A stretch of DNA of 32,000 bases from Coprobacillaceae bacterium (GCA_963675915.1 OY780959.1:870001-902000); one strand, 5' to 3'; numbered from the stretch's first letter, positions 8,039-15,668 are shown. Notes: a model not told the origin generated them from the sequence alone. Numbers and translations: made by a program.

Positions 8039-8651
8039 CCTTTCTAATTAAGATGAGTACTGCAGCCGCCCCGACAATCAAACCACCGTAGATAATCGGT
8101 GAAATCGAGTTGTCGCCAGTTGGCGGAGTATAAGGAATAACTTCCTCAACCGAGAAGACTATTGCAATCTCTCCGGTTTGACCTTGATAATCGTTGTTTG
8201 CGGAATCACCATCAAGGTAAATATTGATATTGACTGTCATTGTTTCACCCGGCATCAAAGCACCAAGCAAGATATTGTTTTCAACTACCAGGAATTCAGA
8301 TCCGATAGTAACTTCATTGTTACCGATAATCGCCTGGAAGATATCTTCGCTGCCATCATCGATTGTGAATTCATAAACAGCAGTTCCATCTCCTTTTTCA
8401 GCGATATTATCAAGAATTTCACTGGCTACATAGAAACGCATTTCATTGTCACTGTCATTTACCAGATCAAATGTTGCAGTTCTGGTTTCACCAGGGAACA
8501 TAGTTGTAAAATCAATTGCCCCACCTTCAAGAGAAATGAAATCACCAGCTTCTCCAAGATAGGTAATCGTATCCGCTGCGGCTACATTGCCAATTGACAT
8601 AAAACATATCAGACAGATGGCTAATCCAAAAATTAATTTTTTCATTTTCAT
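8019..8651 (-). CDS. Secreted beta-sandwich protein, tentatively TasA/camelysin-like, with a C-terminal sorting-signal-like anchor
   Basis: The signal peptide ends in NVAAA. The PGE strand motif occurs twice (MFPGETRTATFDLVND and LMPGETMTVNINIY), and NNDYQGQTGEIAIVFSVEE resembles the camelysin/TasA C-terminal motif. The C-terminus is TPPTGDNS, a TM segment (IIYGGLIVGAAAVLILI), then RKGGKSEK. Confidence 0.55.
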   Translation of the reverse strand: MKMKKLIFGLAICLICFMSIGNVAAADTITYLGEAGDFISLEGGAIDFTTMFPGETRTATFDLVNDSDNEMRFYVASEILDNIAEKGDGTAVYEFTIDDGSEDIFQAIIGNNEVTIGSEFLVVENNILLGALMPGETMTVNINIYLDGDSANNDYQGQTGEIAIVFSVEEVIPYTPPTGDNSISPIIYGGLIVGAAAVLILIRKGGKSEK

Positions 8652-8659
8652 CCCTCTTT

Positions 8660-9280
8660 CTATAACTCTACTGAAACAATATTATCATCGTCAAATGTTG
8701 CAACTACGCCCCATTCAGCCAACAAGGCATCTTGACCAGCAAATGTTTGCACCGCATCAGCGTAGAATTCCAAATGAGCGATTGTATTGGCATATAAGTT
8801 ATGATTTTCATCAGTATCCAGATATGAATACTCTTCCAAGATCAAAGCTGATTCGCCAGGTTTTAACGGTTTGGTGTAGTAAGCATAGGTAACTTCGCCA
8901 TATTCATCACCAGGCAAAACAATCCAACCATCTTCGATGGTAAACTTGATTTCTTCAGGGTCGAGGTAATTATCAGGATCATCAGGTGTTGTCATGCTTT
9001 TGTTGTCTTGAGCGTCAGCCCAGTAACGATAAATAGTCACTCTGACATATGCATCATAATCTTCGGTGTTTTCAATCGCCACACTTTTGTCAACAACCTC
9101 ACCAGGTACAGCCACTCCATCATGGGTGCCGGTAACATTCAAATTGATGCCAATAGCGGCAGTTGTAACATCCTTAGTGGTTTGAAAACTGCTTTCGATC
9201 ACACCGTAAGTTCCACGAATACCAAAACCAACCCCAATCAATAAACATAATATTAATCCCATTGTTATTTTCTTCTTCAT
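8660..9280 (-). CDS. TasA/BsaA-like secreted protein, paralogue A
   Basis: MKKKITMGLILCLLIGVGFGIRGTYGV, then VPGEVVDKSVAIENTEDYDAYVRV and YADAVQTFAG. The other paralogues share the motifs PG[DE]xxxK...AY[VI]R and A.A[IV]Q. I preferred the ATG at 9280 (RBS AGGTGA) over the track GTG at 9289. Confidence 0.6.
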   Translation of the reverse strand: MKKKITMGLILCLLIGVGFGIRGTYGVIESSFQTTKDVTTAAIGINLNVTGTHDGVAVPGEVVDKSVAIENTEDYDAYVRVTIYRYWADAQDNKSMTTPDDPDNYLDPEEIKFTIEDGWIVLPGDEYGEVTYAYYTKPLKPGESALILEEYSYLDTDENHNLYANTIAHLEFYADAVQTFAGQDALLAEWGVVATFDDDNIVSVEL

Positions 9281-9304
9281 ATTTCTCACCTCTATATCAC
9301 TTGT

Positions 9305-9337
9305 ATTTTAACTTTATCCAGTCACATAGTAGTCACA
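9305..9337 (-). promoter_or_regulatory. Activator-type promoter P_A (direct hexamer repeats plus a -10 box, no -35 box)
   Basis: Minus strand: TGTGAC-tacta-TGTGAC-tggataaagt-TAAAAT. The geometry is the same as at 15636-15668, 15749-15781 and 28450-28482. Confidence 0.6.
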
Positions 9338-9359
9338 ATATTGGAATTTTAATATTTTA

Positions 9360-9407
9360 TTGACTATTGGATAAATTCTTTGCGATAATCGATAAATCTT
9401 GTATAAT
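9360..9407 (+). promoter_or_regulatory. Candidate promoter(s) of the transglutaminase/pseudopilus operon
   Basis: TTGACT (9360-9365), 18-nt spacer, GATAAT (9384-9389). An alternative TATAAT lies at 9402-9407. The RBS GAGGTG (9416-9421) precedes the ATG at 9426. Confidence 0.35.
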
Positions 9408-9425
9408 TAGAAAGTGAGGTGAAAA

Positions 9426-10349
9426 ATGATGAAAAAATGGTTACTAGTGTTACTTGCTTTGACACTTACAGGATGTAATGGCGCCATGGCGGCCGAAGAT
9501 GTCAGTCCAATCCAAGCGGATGACCCAATCGAATATCTCGACAATACCCCGGTATTGCATCTTACCAGTTTTGATGAAGCCAAAACCGAAGGTAATGATT
9601 TGGTCCGTCTGGATCTTAGTCATACCAGTGAAGGTTACATCGGTGTTCATTATCTGGGCGACAATATCAAACCTAAAACCCAGATAACCTTGCCCGATGG
9701 GACGGTCTACACTTACAATCTGACTGGGAACATCGATTATTTCAACCTACCCGAACCAAGTGGTGAATATACGGTCTCCATCTATGAAAATACGACTGGA
9801 ACCAAGTATTCAAAACTGTACAAAACCACCTTCGATGTTGAACAAATCAACGATCATATCGCATTTTTATATAATAACCAATTCATCAATTTCAATGAAG
9901 ATACCCTGGCAGTCGCTAAATCCAGCAAGGTTGTGGCAACGGCCACCAGTGAACTTGACAAAATCCAGTTGATCTTCAATTATGTGGTTTCCCATCTAGA
10001 CTACGACCATGATCTGGCCAAGACGGTAACTTACGGTTATATCCCCGACCTGGACGACGTGCTCGAAAGCCAAACAGGTATCTGTTTTGATTATGCGGCT
10101 TTGATGGCCAGTATGCTAAGAACCCAGAATATCGCCACCAAAATGGAATTTGGCTATGTCAATGAAGTCTATCACGCCTGGATCAGTGTTTACACTGACG
10201 AAACCGGATGGATCAATAATTTCATCCACTTCGAAAACGACACCTGGCAAATGATGGATCCGACTTTCGTCTCCCAAAATCCCAACAGTTCCAAAGTAAA
10301 AGAGTTCACTACCAATACCAGCAACTATCAAATCAAGTACATCTACTAA
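9426..10349 (+). CDS. Transglutaminase-core (Cys-His-Asp) lipoprotein
   Basis: Lipobox LTLTGC in the signal peptide. Transglutaminase-like core: QTGICFDYAALMASMLR (Cys), YHAWISVY (His), MMDPTF (Asp). Confidence 0.85.
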   Translation: MMKKWLLVLLALTLTGCNGAMAAEDVSPIQADDPIEYLDNTPVLHLTSFDEAKTEGNDLVRLDLSHTSEGYIGVHYLGDNIKPKTQITLPDGTVYTYNLTGNIDYFNLPEPSGEYTVSIYENTTGTKYSKLYKTTFDVEQINDHIAFLYNNQFINFNEDTLAVAKSSKVVATATSELDKIQLIFNYVVSHLDYDHDLAKTVTYGYIPDLDDVLESQTGICFDYAALMASMLRTQNIATKMEFGYVNEVYHAWISVYTDETGWINNFIHFENDTWQMMDPTFVSQNPNSSKVKEFTTNTSNYQIKYIY

Positions 10350-10362
10350 AGAAGGTGATCAT

Positions 10363-11298
10363 ATGAAAAATCAAGACTATGATTTAATAATCAGTTTTTC
10401 CAAACAACTTTATCTGATCACTTCCACCGGCGAGGACATCACCGGTGCTTTGAACATTCTCCTCGATTCCTGCGATGATGCCAAAATGAAAGAATTGATC
10501 AGCTCAATCACCGGAGCCCTGGACTCGACGACGTTGACCGATGCCTTGAAAAATACCGGTTTCTTCGATGACCATTATCTAAGTGTCGTTGATATCGGTC
10601 TAGTCTCAGGTAACCTCGACAGCATCTTCTTATATCTTAGCGACTATTACCAAAACGAAAAAGACAACCAGAACTTGCTTTTTAAAACGCTTAGCTATCC
10701 TTTGACAGTCACTGCCGTGATGGTTGGAGTTCTAGTGATCCTGGCAACTCGGGTTTTGCCGATCTTCAATTCAATTTATCAGTCAATCGGCTCAGAGTTG
10801 TCGGGAATTGGTAAATACACTTTGTACTTTGGCTACTTTATCAATGATTATTTCATCTATATCCTGGCAATCGTAGCGATTGCCTTTATCATCATCTTGG
10901 TCTTGATGCGCCTTGGCAAATTGGACTTTTTCAAGTCTATCCGCCTGGAGCAGCAAACCGCCAATGAGCTCTATGCCCTTTATAACCTGCTAAGAGCCGG
11001 AATAATTCTCGACGAGGCAGTCCGACTGACCTTCGGCAGCCCGGTGGAATTGGATCAGGTCATGGCTAAGCGGTTGACTCCATTGGAATTGCAATTGATC
11101 AACGTAGCGAGCACCACTGGTAACTTCGACCAGGTCCTGGAAATCCTGCACCAGGAATATGCCCGCAAGACCAGCACCAAAATCGATAATATCGTCACTA
11201 CATTTGAAATGAGCTTTATCGGCGGATTCACGGTGATCGTGGCAATCATCCTTTTGTCGATAATCCTGCCGTTGTTTACGATTTTGATCAATCTATGA
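10363..11298 (+). CDS. PilC/GspF/ComGB-like platform protein (T2SS-F family, short form)
   Basis: 311 aa with two degenerate T2SSF-like repeats (SFSKQLYLITSTGEDITGAL...VVDIGLVSGNLD and ELYALYNLLRAGIILDEAV...INVASTTGNFDQVL) and three predicted TM segments. RBS AAGGTGA. Confidence 0.75.
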   Translation: MKNQDYDLIISFSKQLYLITSTGEDITGALNILLDSCDDAKMKELISSITGALDSTTLTDALKNTGFFDDHYLSVVDIGLVSGNLDSIFLYLSDYYQNEKDNQNLLFKTLSYPLTVTAVMVGVLVILATRVLPIFNSIYQSIGSELSGIGKYTLYFGYFINDYFIYILAIVAIAFIIILVLMRLGKLDFFKSIRLEQQTANELYALYNLLRAGIILDEAVRLTFGSPVELDQVMAKRLTPLELQLINVASTTGNFDQVLEILHQEYARKTSTKIDNIVTTFEMSFIGGFTVIVAIILLSIILPLFTILINL

Positions 11299-11579
11299 AA
11301 TATCTAAAACTAGCGGCTTTGATCTGCATTCTTGCCACAGCCCTGTATGCGTTCGACCGCTTCGCCGGATTTGAAAAACGGACTTCGATTGACAATCTCG
11401 AACAGACCATCGATTACAAAATTATCCAATGTTATATCAATGAAGGCCGGTATCCCGGGTCCCTTGAATATCTTCAAGAAAACTATCAGCTGGATTTCGA
11501 CAACCAAAAATTTCAGGTTTATCTGATTCCCTTGGGGGGAAATCTCAAACCGGATGTGACGGTGATTGAATATGAATAA
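11295..11579 (+). CDS. ComGC/GspG-like pilin-like protein lacking a prepilin cleavage motif
   Basis: N-terminal hydrophobic helix MKYLKLAALICILATALYAF with no G/FTLxE motif. IIQCYINEGRYPGSLEYLQENY resembles the 'G.YP.sL..L' motif of pseudopilin globular domains. ATGA start/stop overlap with the platform gene. Confidence 0.5.
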   Translation: MKYLKLAALICILATALYAFDRFAGFEKRTSIDNLEQTIDYKIIQCYINEGRYPGSLEYLQENYQLDFDNQKFQVYLIPLGGNLKPDVTVIEYE

Positions 11580-12003
11580 GAAAAATTTACTTATCTTTGC
11601 GATTACAAGTATTTTTGTCGGGGCAGCCTTGATGGTGGCATTGTTGATTGTCAACAACTACCAGACCACCTTAACCACCAATCAGGACATTATCAACAAC
11701 CAATTGGCCTTGTCATTCATCAATGAAAACACCAAACGCTACGATACGGTTGAAGTTATCAAGAACCCGGAAGCCAGTGTGCTAAAACTTGATGATGGCA
11801 GTGGCTATTCCACCTACCTTTACACAATCGAAGAGTATCTTTATGAAGCTTATCTGGCTGACACCATGGCGTTCGAACCTGATTACGGCAACCAGGTTAT
11901 TGCCAGCAATCCAATCGATTTTGCAATCGAGAACGACATGTTGATTGTGACTGACAGCCTGACTTCGAATTTCATTTTGATCGATCTTGGAGGTAAATTA
12001 TGA
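11572..12003 (+). CDS. Pilin-like or minor-pilin-like membrane-anchored protein
   Basis: MNKKNLLIFAITSIFVGAALMVALLIV is a single N-terminal TM segment. I preferred the ATG at 11572 behind GGTGA over the track TTG at 11566. It overlaps the upstream stop by 8 nt. Confidence 0.45.
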   Translation: MNKKNLLIFAITSIFVGAALMVALLIVNNYQTTLTTNQDIINNQLALSFINENTKRYDTVEVIKNPEASVLKLDDGSGYSTYLYTIEEYLYEAYLADTMAFEPDYGNQVIASNPIDFAIENDMLIVTDSLTSNFILIDLGGKL

Positions 12004-12365
12004 GACGAGAATTTTCACTTATAGAACTTACCATCAATATTTTCATCTTCATCATCGTCATCGCCGTGGTCTTGCAACTGCTTATTGCCACTAACGAGAT
12101 CAATACCACCAACGAGATTGATGCCAAATCGACTTTGCAGCTAATCAACATCACCAGTATTCTCGATAATCCTGACATCGAGTTGGACGACTACTATACC
12201 CTCGACAATGACAAAATCTACTTCGATGAATTTAACCGAAATGTGACCCACGATAAAATGCTTTATTACATCGAGATTATTTCCGAAAACAAAAGTTACA
12301 CATTGGGCATTTATGACAAATATGACAATGTAGTTGATTTATTAGACTATGAGGTGGTATTATGA
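12000..12365 (+). CDS. Minor-pilin-like protein with a degenerate class III (prepilin) signal
   Basis: MRRE-FSLIELTINIFIFIIV has Phe+1 and Glu+5 as in type IV prepilins, but Glu replaces Gly at position -1. RBS GGAGGT. ATGA overlap with the upstream gene. Confidence 0.55.
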   Translation: MRREFSLIELTINIFIFIIVIAVVLQLLIATNEINTTNEIDAKSTLQLINITSILDNPDIELDDYYTLDNDKIYFDEFNRNVTHDKMLYYIEIISENKSYTLGIYDKYDNVVDLLDYEVVL

Positions 12366-12748
12366 GAATAAGACCAGGACTGATCAGTCTGTTCAATATC
12401 TTCATTGTTTTGATTCTTATTATCCTCAGTCTGATTGGATACACCAATAGCCTCAACGCTCAAGAGATTATCCTCAACAACAAAGAACATAATCTTACCT
12501 ATCTTCAAGCTAAAAGCCTGGCTAACGGGTTCATCAATAATCTGGAAACTTCCGGACTCGAAGAACTCGAAAATGAATATCAGTTCGACATCGATGGCTT
12601 TGTCATTACTTATGATATCGAACTTGATTATCAACAATATCTGCGTCTGGTCTACAATTACCAGACTCATGAGATTCTTCGTGAGACTCTGATCAATGAA
12701 TCGGACTATCAGGTTGATGACACGATACCAGTTTTCAAAGGAGAGTAA
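12362..12748 (+). CDS. ComGG-like minor-pilin-like protein
   Basis: MRIRPG-LISLFNIFIVLILIIL has Gly at -1 but no Glu+5, as in ComGG/GspK-type minor pilins. LTYLQAKSLANGF resembles the ComGG helix. RBS GAGGTGG. ATGA overlap with the upstream gene. Confidence 0.5.
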   Translation: MRIRPGLISLFNIFIVLILIILSLIGYTNSLNAQEIILNNKEHNLTYLQAKSLANGFINNLETSGLEELENEYQFDIDGFVITYDIELDYQQYLRLVYNYQTHEILRETLINESDYQVDDTIPVFKGE

Positions 12749-12749
12749 T

Positions 12750-13820
12750 ATGGATAACAACAATATGAACATAGCAGCCCTGCTTCAAGAAGCAATCCGG
12801 AAAAATGCTTCGGATATTTTTATCGAAGCCAATACGCCGGTAAAATTCAAACGCGACAAGGTATTATACGAACTGAACAATCAAAAGCTCAATATTCGTG
12901 ACACCCGCGAATTGATCACTCAAATCTACAAACATTCAAACCGCAGCATGGATACTCTGCTGAAAAACGGCGATGACGACTTCGCCTTTTCAATCAACAA
13001 TTTATCCCGCTTCAGGGTCAGCATGTTTTTGCAACGAGGTTCTCTGGCTTGTGTAATTCGAATCATTGCCTTCACCCTGCCTGATTTTTCCCAGCTGCAT
13101 ATTCCCAAGGAAGTTATTGAACTTGGTGATTATTCAAAAGGATTGATCCTTTTCACCGGTCCTTCAGGTTCCGGTAAATCTACCACTTTGGCTTGCATTA
13201 TCGATTATATAAATCATAATTTCGCCAAACATATCATCACCCTTGAGGATCCAATCGAGTATCTGCATTCCCATGACAAGTCGATCATCTCCCAACGGGA
13301 AGTGGGAACCGACACCAAATCATACATCAAGGGGCTGCGTGCTTCTTTGCGGCAATCGCCAGATGTCATCTTGCTTGGTGAAATGCGTGACCAGGAAACT
13401 GTGGAAGTGGCGATTACCGCCAGCGAAACCGGCCATCTAGTGTTGTCAACCCTTCATACCATTGGAGCGAGCAACAGTATAAACCGGATCATCGATTCCT
13501 TCCCGGCCAGCGAGCAACAACAGATTGCTTTCCAATTGTCATTATCTCTGACTGCAGTCGTTTCTCAACACTTGATTCCAAGTATCGAAGGAAATTTGAT
13601 TCCAGTATTTGAAATCATGGTTGTCAATCCAGCCATCGCCAATTTGATCAGGGAACGCAAGATTCATCAAATTGATACGATTGTTTCTTGGAGTACCGAG
13701 GACAATATGGTTACCCTCGACAAGGGCCTGATCAACCTTTACAATGATGAAAAGATTACTCGAGAAACAGTCTTGAAATACTGCAACAATCCCAAATTTG
13801 TCGAAAGCAAAATCAAATAA
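12750..13820 (+). CDS. pilT: PilT-family (twitching/retraction-type) hexameric ATPase
   Basis: Walker A GPSGSGKSTT, Asp box ITLEDPIEY, Walker B DVILLGEMRD and His box GHLVLSTLHT. The PilT-type motifs FPASEQQQIAFQLS and PAIANLIRERKIHQI (AIRNLIRE-like) are present. I chose the ATG at 12750 behind AAAGGAGAG, two nt after the upstream stop. Confidence 0.9.
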   Translation: MDNNNMNIAALLQEAIRKNASDIFIEANTPVKFKRDKVLYELNNQKLNIRDTRELITQIYKHSNRSMDTLLKNGDDDFAFSINNLSRFRVSMFLQRGSLACVIRIIAFTLPDFSQLHIPKEVIELGDYSKGLILFTGPSGSGKSTTLACIIDYINHNFAKHIITLEDPIEYLHSHDKSIISQREVGTDTKSYIKGLRASLRQSPDVILLGEMRDQETVEVAITASETGHLVLSTLHTIGASNSINRIIDSFPASEQQQIAFQLSLSLTAVVSQHLIPSIEGNLIPVFEIMVVNPAIANLIRERKIHQIDTIVSWSTEDNMVTLDKGLINLYNDEKITRETVLKYCNNPKFVESKIK

Positions 13821-14035
13821 CATAAAAGACATATCGTTTTTGTTTCAATAGTTAATACCTATTGTAAACTAATTGCGATATGTCTTTTGTTTAGTAGAAT
13901 CTATATTTAGTTTTAAGATTCGTCAAGTTTAGATCTCAACCTATTCTTGTGCTAGTAATTTTATCTATGGTTTAATAAAACTTTATATTGCACTTGTTAT
14001 GGATCACAGTATAAGTGTTTCTCGTTCAAATATGA

Positions 14036-14794
14036 TTATTCATATGATAAGATTTGAACACTATCCCAATCATCAATTCTAGGTGGAGTCCCACCGTCAT
14101 TATCAGGTGTAAAGTTATCTGCTTGGATAGCTTCAGCTGTCATAACGATTGAATATTCATCGTCAATATTGTAATTATTTAAGTCCATTCCAGGGAATGT
14201 TACAGTGGTAAACAATGTAACGTCTTCTGTTGCGCTTAAGATTGCATCTGAGGATTCAGCATCGCCAGCATCATAGTATGCAGTAACTTCTAATGTTTTA
14301 ACTACTGGATCATCAGGAGCTGCCGGTGCAGTTTCAACAGTTCCAATAACTAGATTCCATTCATTTACTTCGTCGATATTCAACCAAGATAGAACATCAT
14401 CAGGTTCAACATCGAGTGCAGTATTCATATCATTATCACCATTTACATCAGTAACAGTGATCAACATTTGAATTCGAACGTATGCATCTTGTGAATCTGT
14501 TTCAACAGTCACGACAGGTTCTTTTGAATAGACATCACCTGGCATAACATCAGTAAATGATAACCCGGTAAACACTTCATCAGGTTCTTCACCAGTAGTA
14601 GTTTCTTCACCGGCTAAAACACCTTCACTGGCTGCTGAAGTTTCAGTAAAAGAAATGTCGACATGACCAAAAGTTACGGTATTGGTCAAATCACCTTCAG
14701 TATCGGTAAAGTAAGCTAATGTGAATCCTGTCGCTGCACTAAGAGCCAATGCGATAGCCGCCACGCCAGCAACAACTTTTTTGTTAAATTTCAT
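14036..14794 (-). CDS. TasA/BsaA-like secreted protein, paralogue B, with a SipW-cognate-type signal peptide
   Basis: The N-terminus MKFNKKVVAGVAAIALALSAATGFTLAYFTDTEG resembles Bacillus TasA/CalY N-termini (GGGTFAYFSD). Also VMPGDVYSKEPVVTVETDSQDAYVRI and TAEAIQADN. RBS GGAGGA. Confidence 0.7.
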   Translation of the reverse strand: MKFNKKVVAGVAAIALALSAATGFTLAYFTDTEGDLTNTVTFGHVDISFTETSAASEGVLAGEETTTGEEPDEVFTGLSFTDVMPGDVYSKEPVVTVETDSQDAYVRIQMLITVTDVNGDNDMNTALDVEPDDVLSWLNIDEVNEWNLVIGTVETAPAAPDDPVVKTLEVTAYYDAGDAESSDAILSATEDVTLFTTVTFPGMDLNNYNIDDEYSIVMTAEAIQADNFTPDNDGGTPPRIDDWDSVQILSYE

Positions 14795-14875
14795 TTTTCT
14801 TTCCTCCTATAAATTTTCTTGTAATATGGTTTTTGTATTTTGAGAGTACAAGCCCTGTTGTCATTGTTAAGGAAT

Positions 14876-15604
14876 CTATTCTCCATAATCTGCGAAGCTG
14901 ATCAATTCAGCGGTATGATTATCAACATTGGCTGCTTGAATCGCATAGGCTTTGACATCGATTCTAAGATTAGGATAATATCCATCTTCGTCAGGTACAA
15001 TACCAGTTCCGACAGTGTTATTGAATCCCACTTGCATTTGAGCAAATAATGCTGTAGTCATATAATCAGTGTCAGTCAAGGCATTATTGTACACGAAGAA
15101 ATCACCTAGTTGATCATCAAGCGGTACGATTATATCCGAATTATCTGTCCAGTTAACCAGATCATAGTCTAGAGGAGTAGCCAGATAAGCTTCAAAATCT
15201 GTTCTGGTCATTTCCACTTCATCTACCGAATAGATCAACTCAAGAGCCACATAACAATCAGCACTGGCTGCTGTTTTGGCAATTGTCGGATCTTTTGGAA
15301 TCATATCACCTGGCAAATAAGCATGAGCTAAATCAAAACCCAAATCAGCTTCACCAATATAAGCTGGATTGGTTGATAAACCATGGTTCCAACCATCGAT
15401 TTCTGGGGAATCCAGATTGTCGTCAGGATCAGTAAATGCATATCCATCCCAAGTTTCTTCCCGCAAAAGAATTTCAACTCCAGAAGAAGCAGTAAATACA
15501 TTCGTAATTGGCCCTTCAGAGTCAGTCAAAAACGCATAAGACAGAGACAATGAGAAACCAAAAACAAGCAATGCCGCCATAAAGAACATTAAGATTTTCT
15601 TCAT
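14876..15604 (-). CDS. TasA/BsaA-like secreted protein, paralogue C
   Basis: MKKILMFFMAALLVFGFSLSLSYAFLTDSEG, YLPGDMIPKDPTIAKTAASADCYVAL and VKAYAIQAAN. It lies 81 nt upstream of paralogue B on the same strand. Confidence 0.65.
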   Translation of the reverse strand: MKKILMFFMAALLVFGFSLSLSYAFLTDSEGPITNVFTASSGVEILLREETWDGYAFTDPDDNLDSPEIDGWNHGLSTNPAYIGEADLGFDLAHAYLPGDMIPKDPTIAKTAASADCYVALELIYSVDEVEMTRTDFEAYLATPLDYDLVNWTDNSDIIVPLDDQLGDFFVYNNALTDTDYMTTALFAQMQVGFNNTVGTGIVPDEDGYYPNLRIDVKAYAIQAANVDNHTAELISFADYGE

Positions 15605-15635
15605 ATATACCTACATCCTTTCATTTCTCGTATGA

Positions 15636-15668
15636 ATAATAACAAACAGCGGTAATACCTAGGTCACA
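15636..15668 (-). promoter_or_regulatory. Activator-type promoter P_C1 (proximal to paralogue C)
   Basis: Minus strand: TGTGAC-ctagg-TATTAC-cgctgtttgt-TATTAT. Confidence 0.5.

Noticed and set aside
12750-13820. Possibility that the ATPase is simply ComGA of a rearranged competence operon.
   Set aside because: ComGA shares the Walker and His boxes, but the FPxxEQxQI and AIRNLIRE-like motifs seen here are PilT signatures. This is not fully excluded without phylogeny and is kept as a caveat in the findings.
13821-14035. Long-range inverted repeat aaagacatatcg ... cgatatgtcttt (13825-13836 and 13875-13886) between the convergent pilT-like and TasA-like B genes.
   Set aside because: It is probably just a bidirectional terminator with an unusually large loop (about 38 nt). 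Nothing suggests a mobile-element end or an RNA gene.
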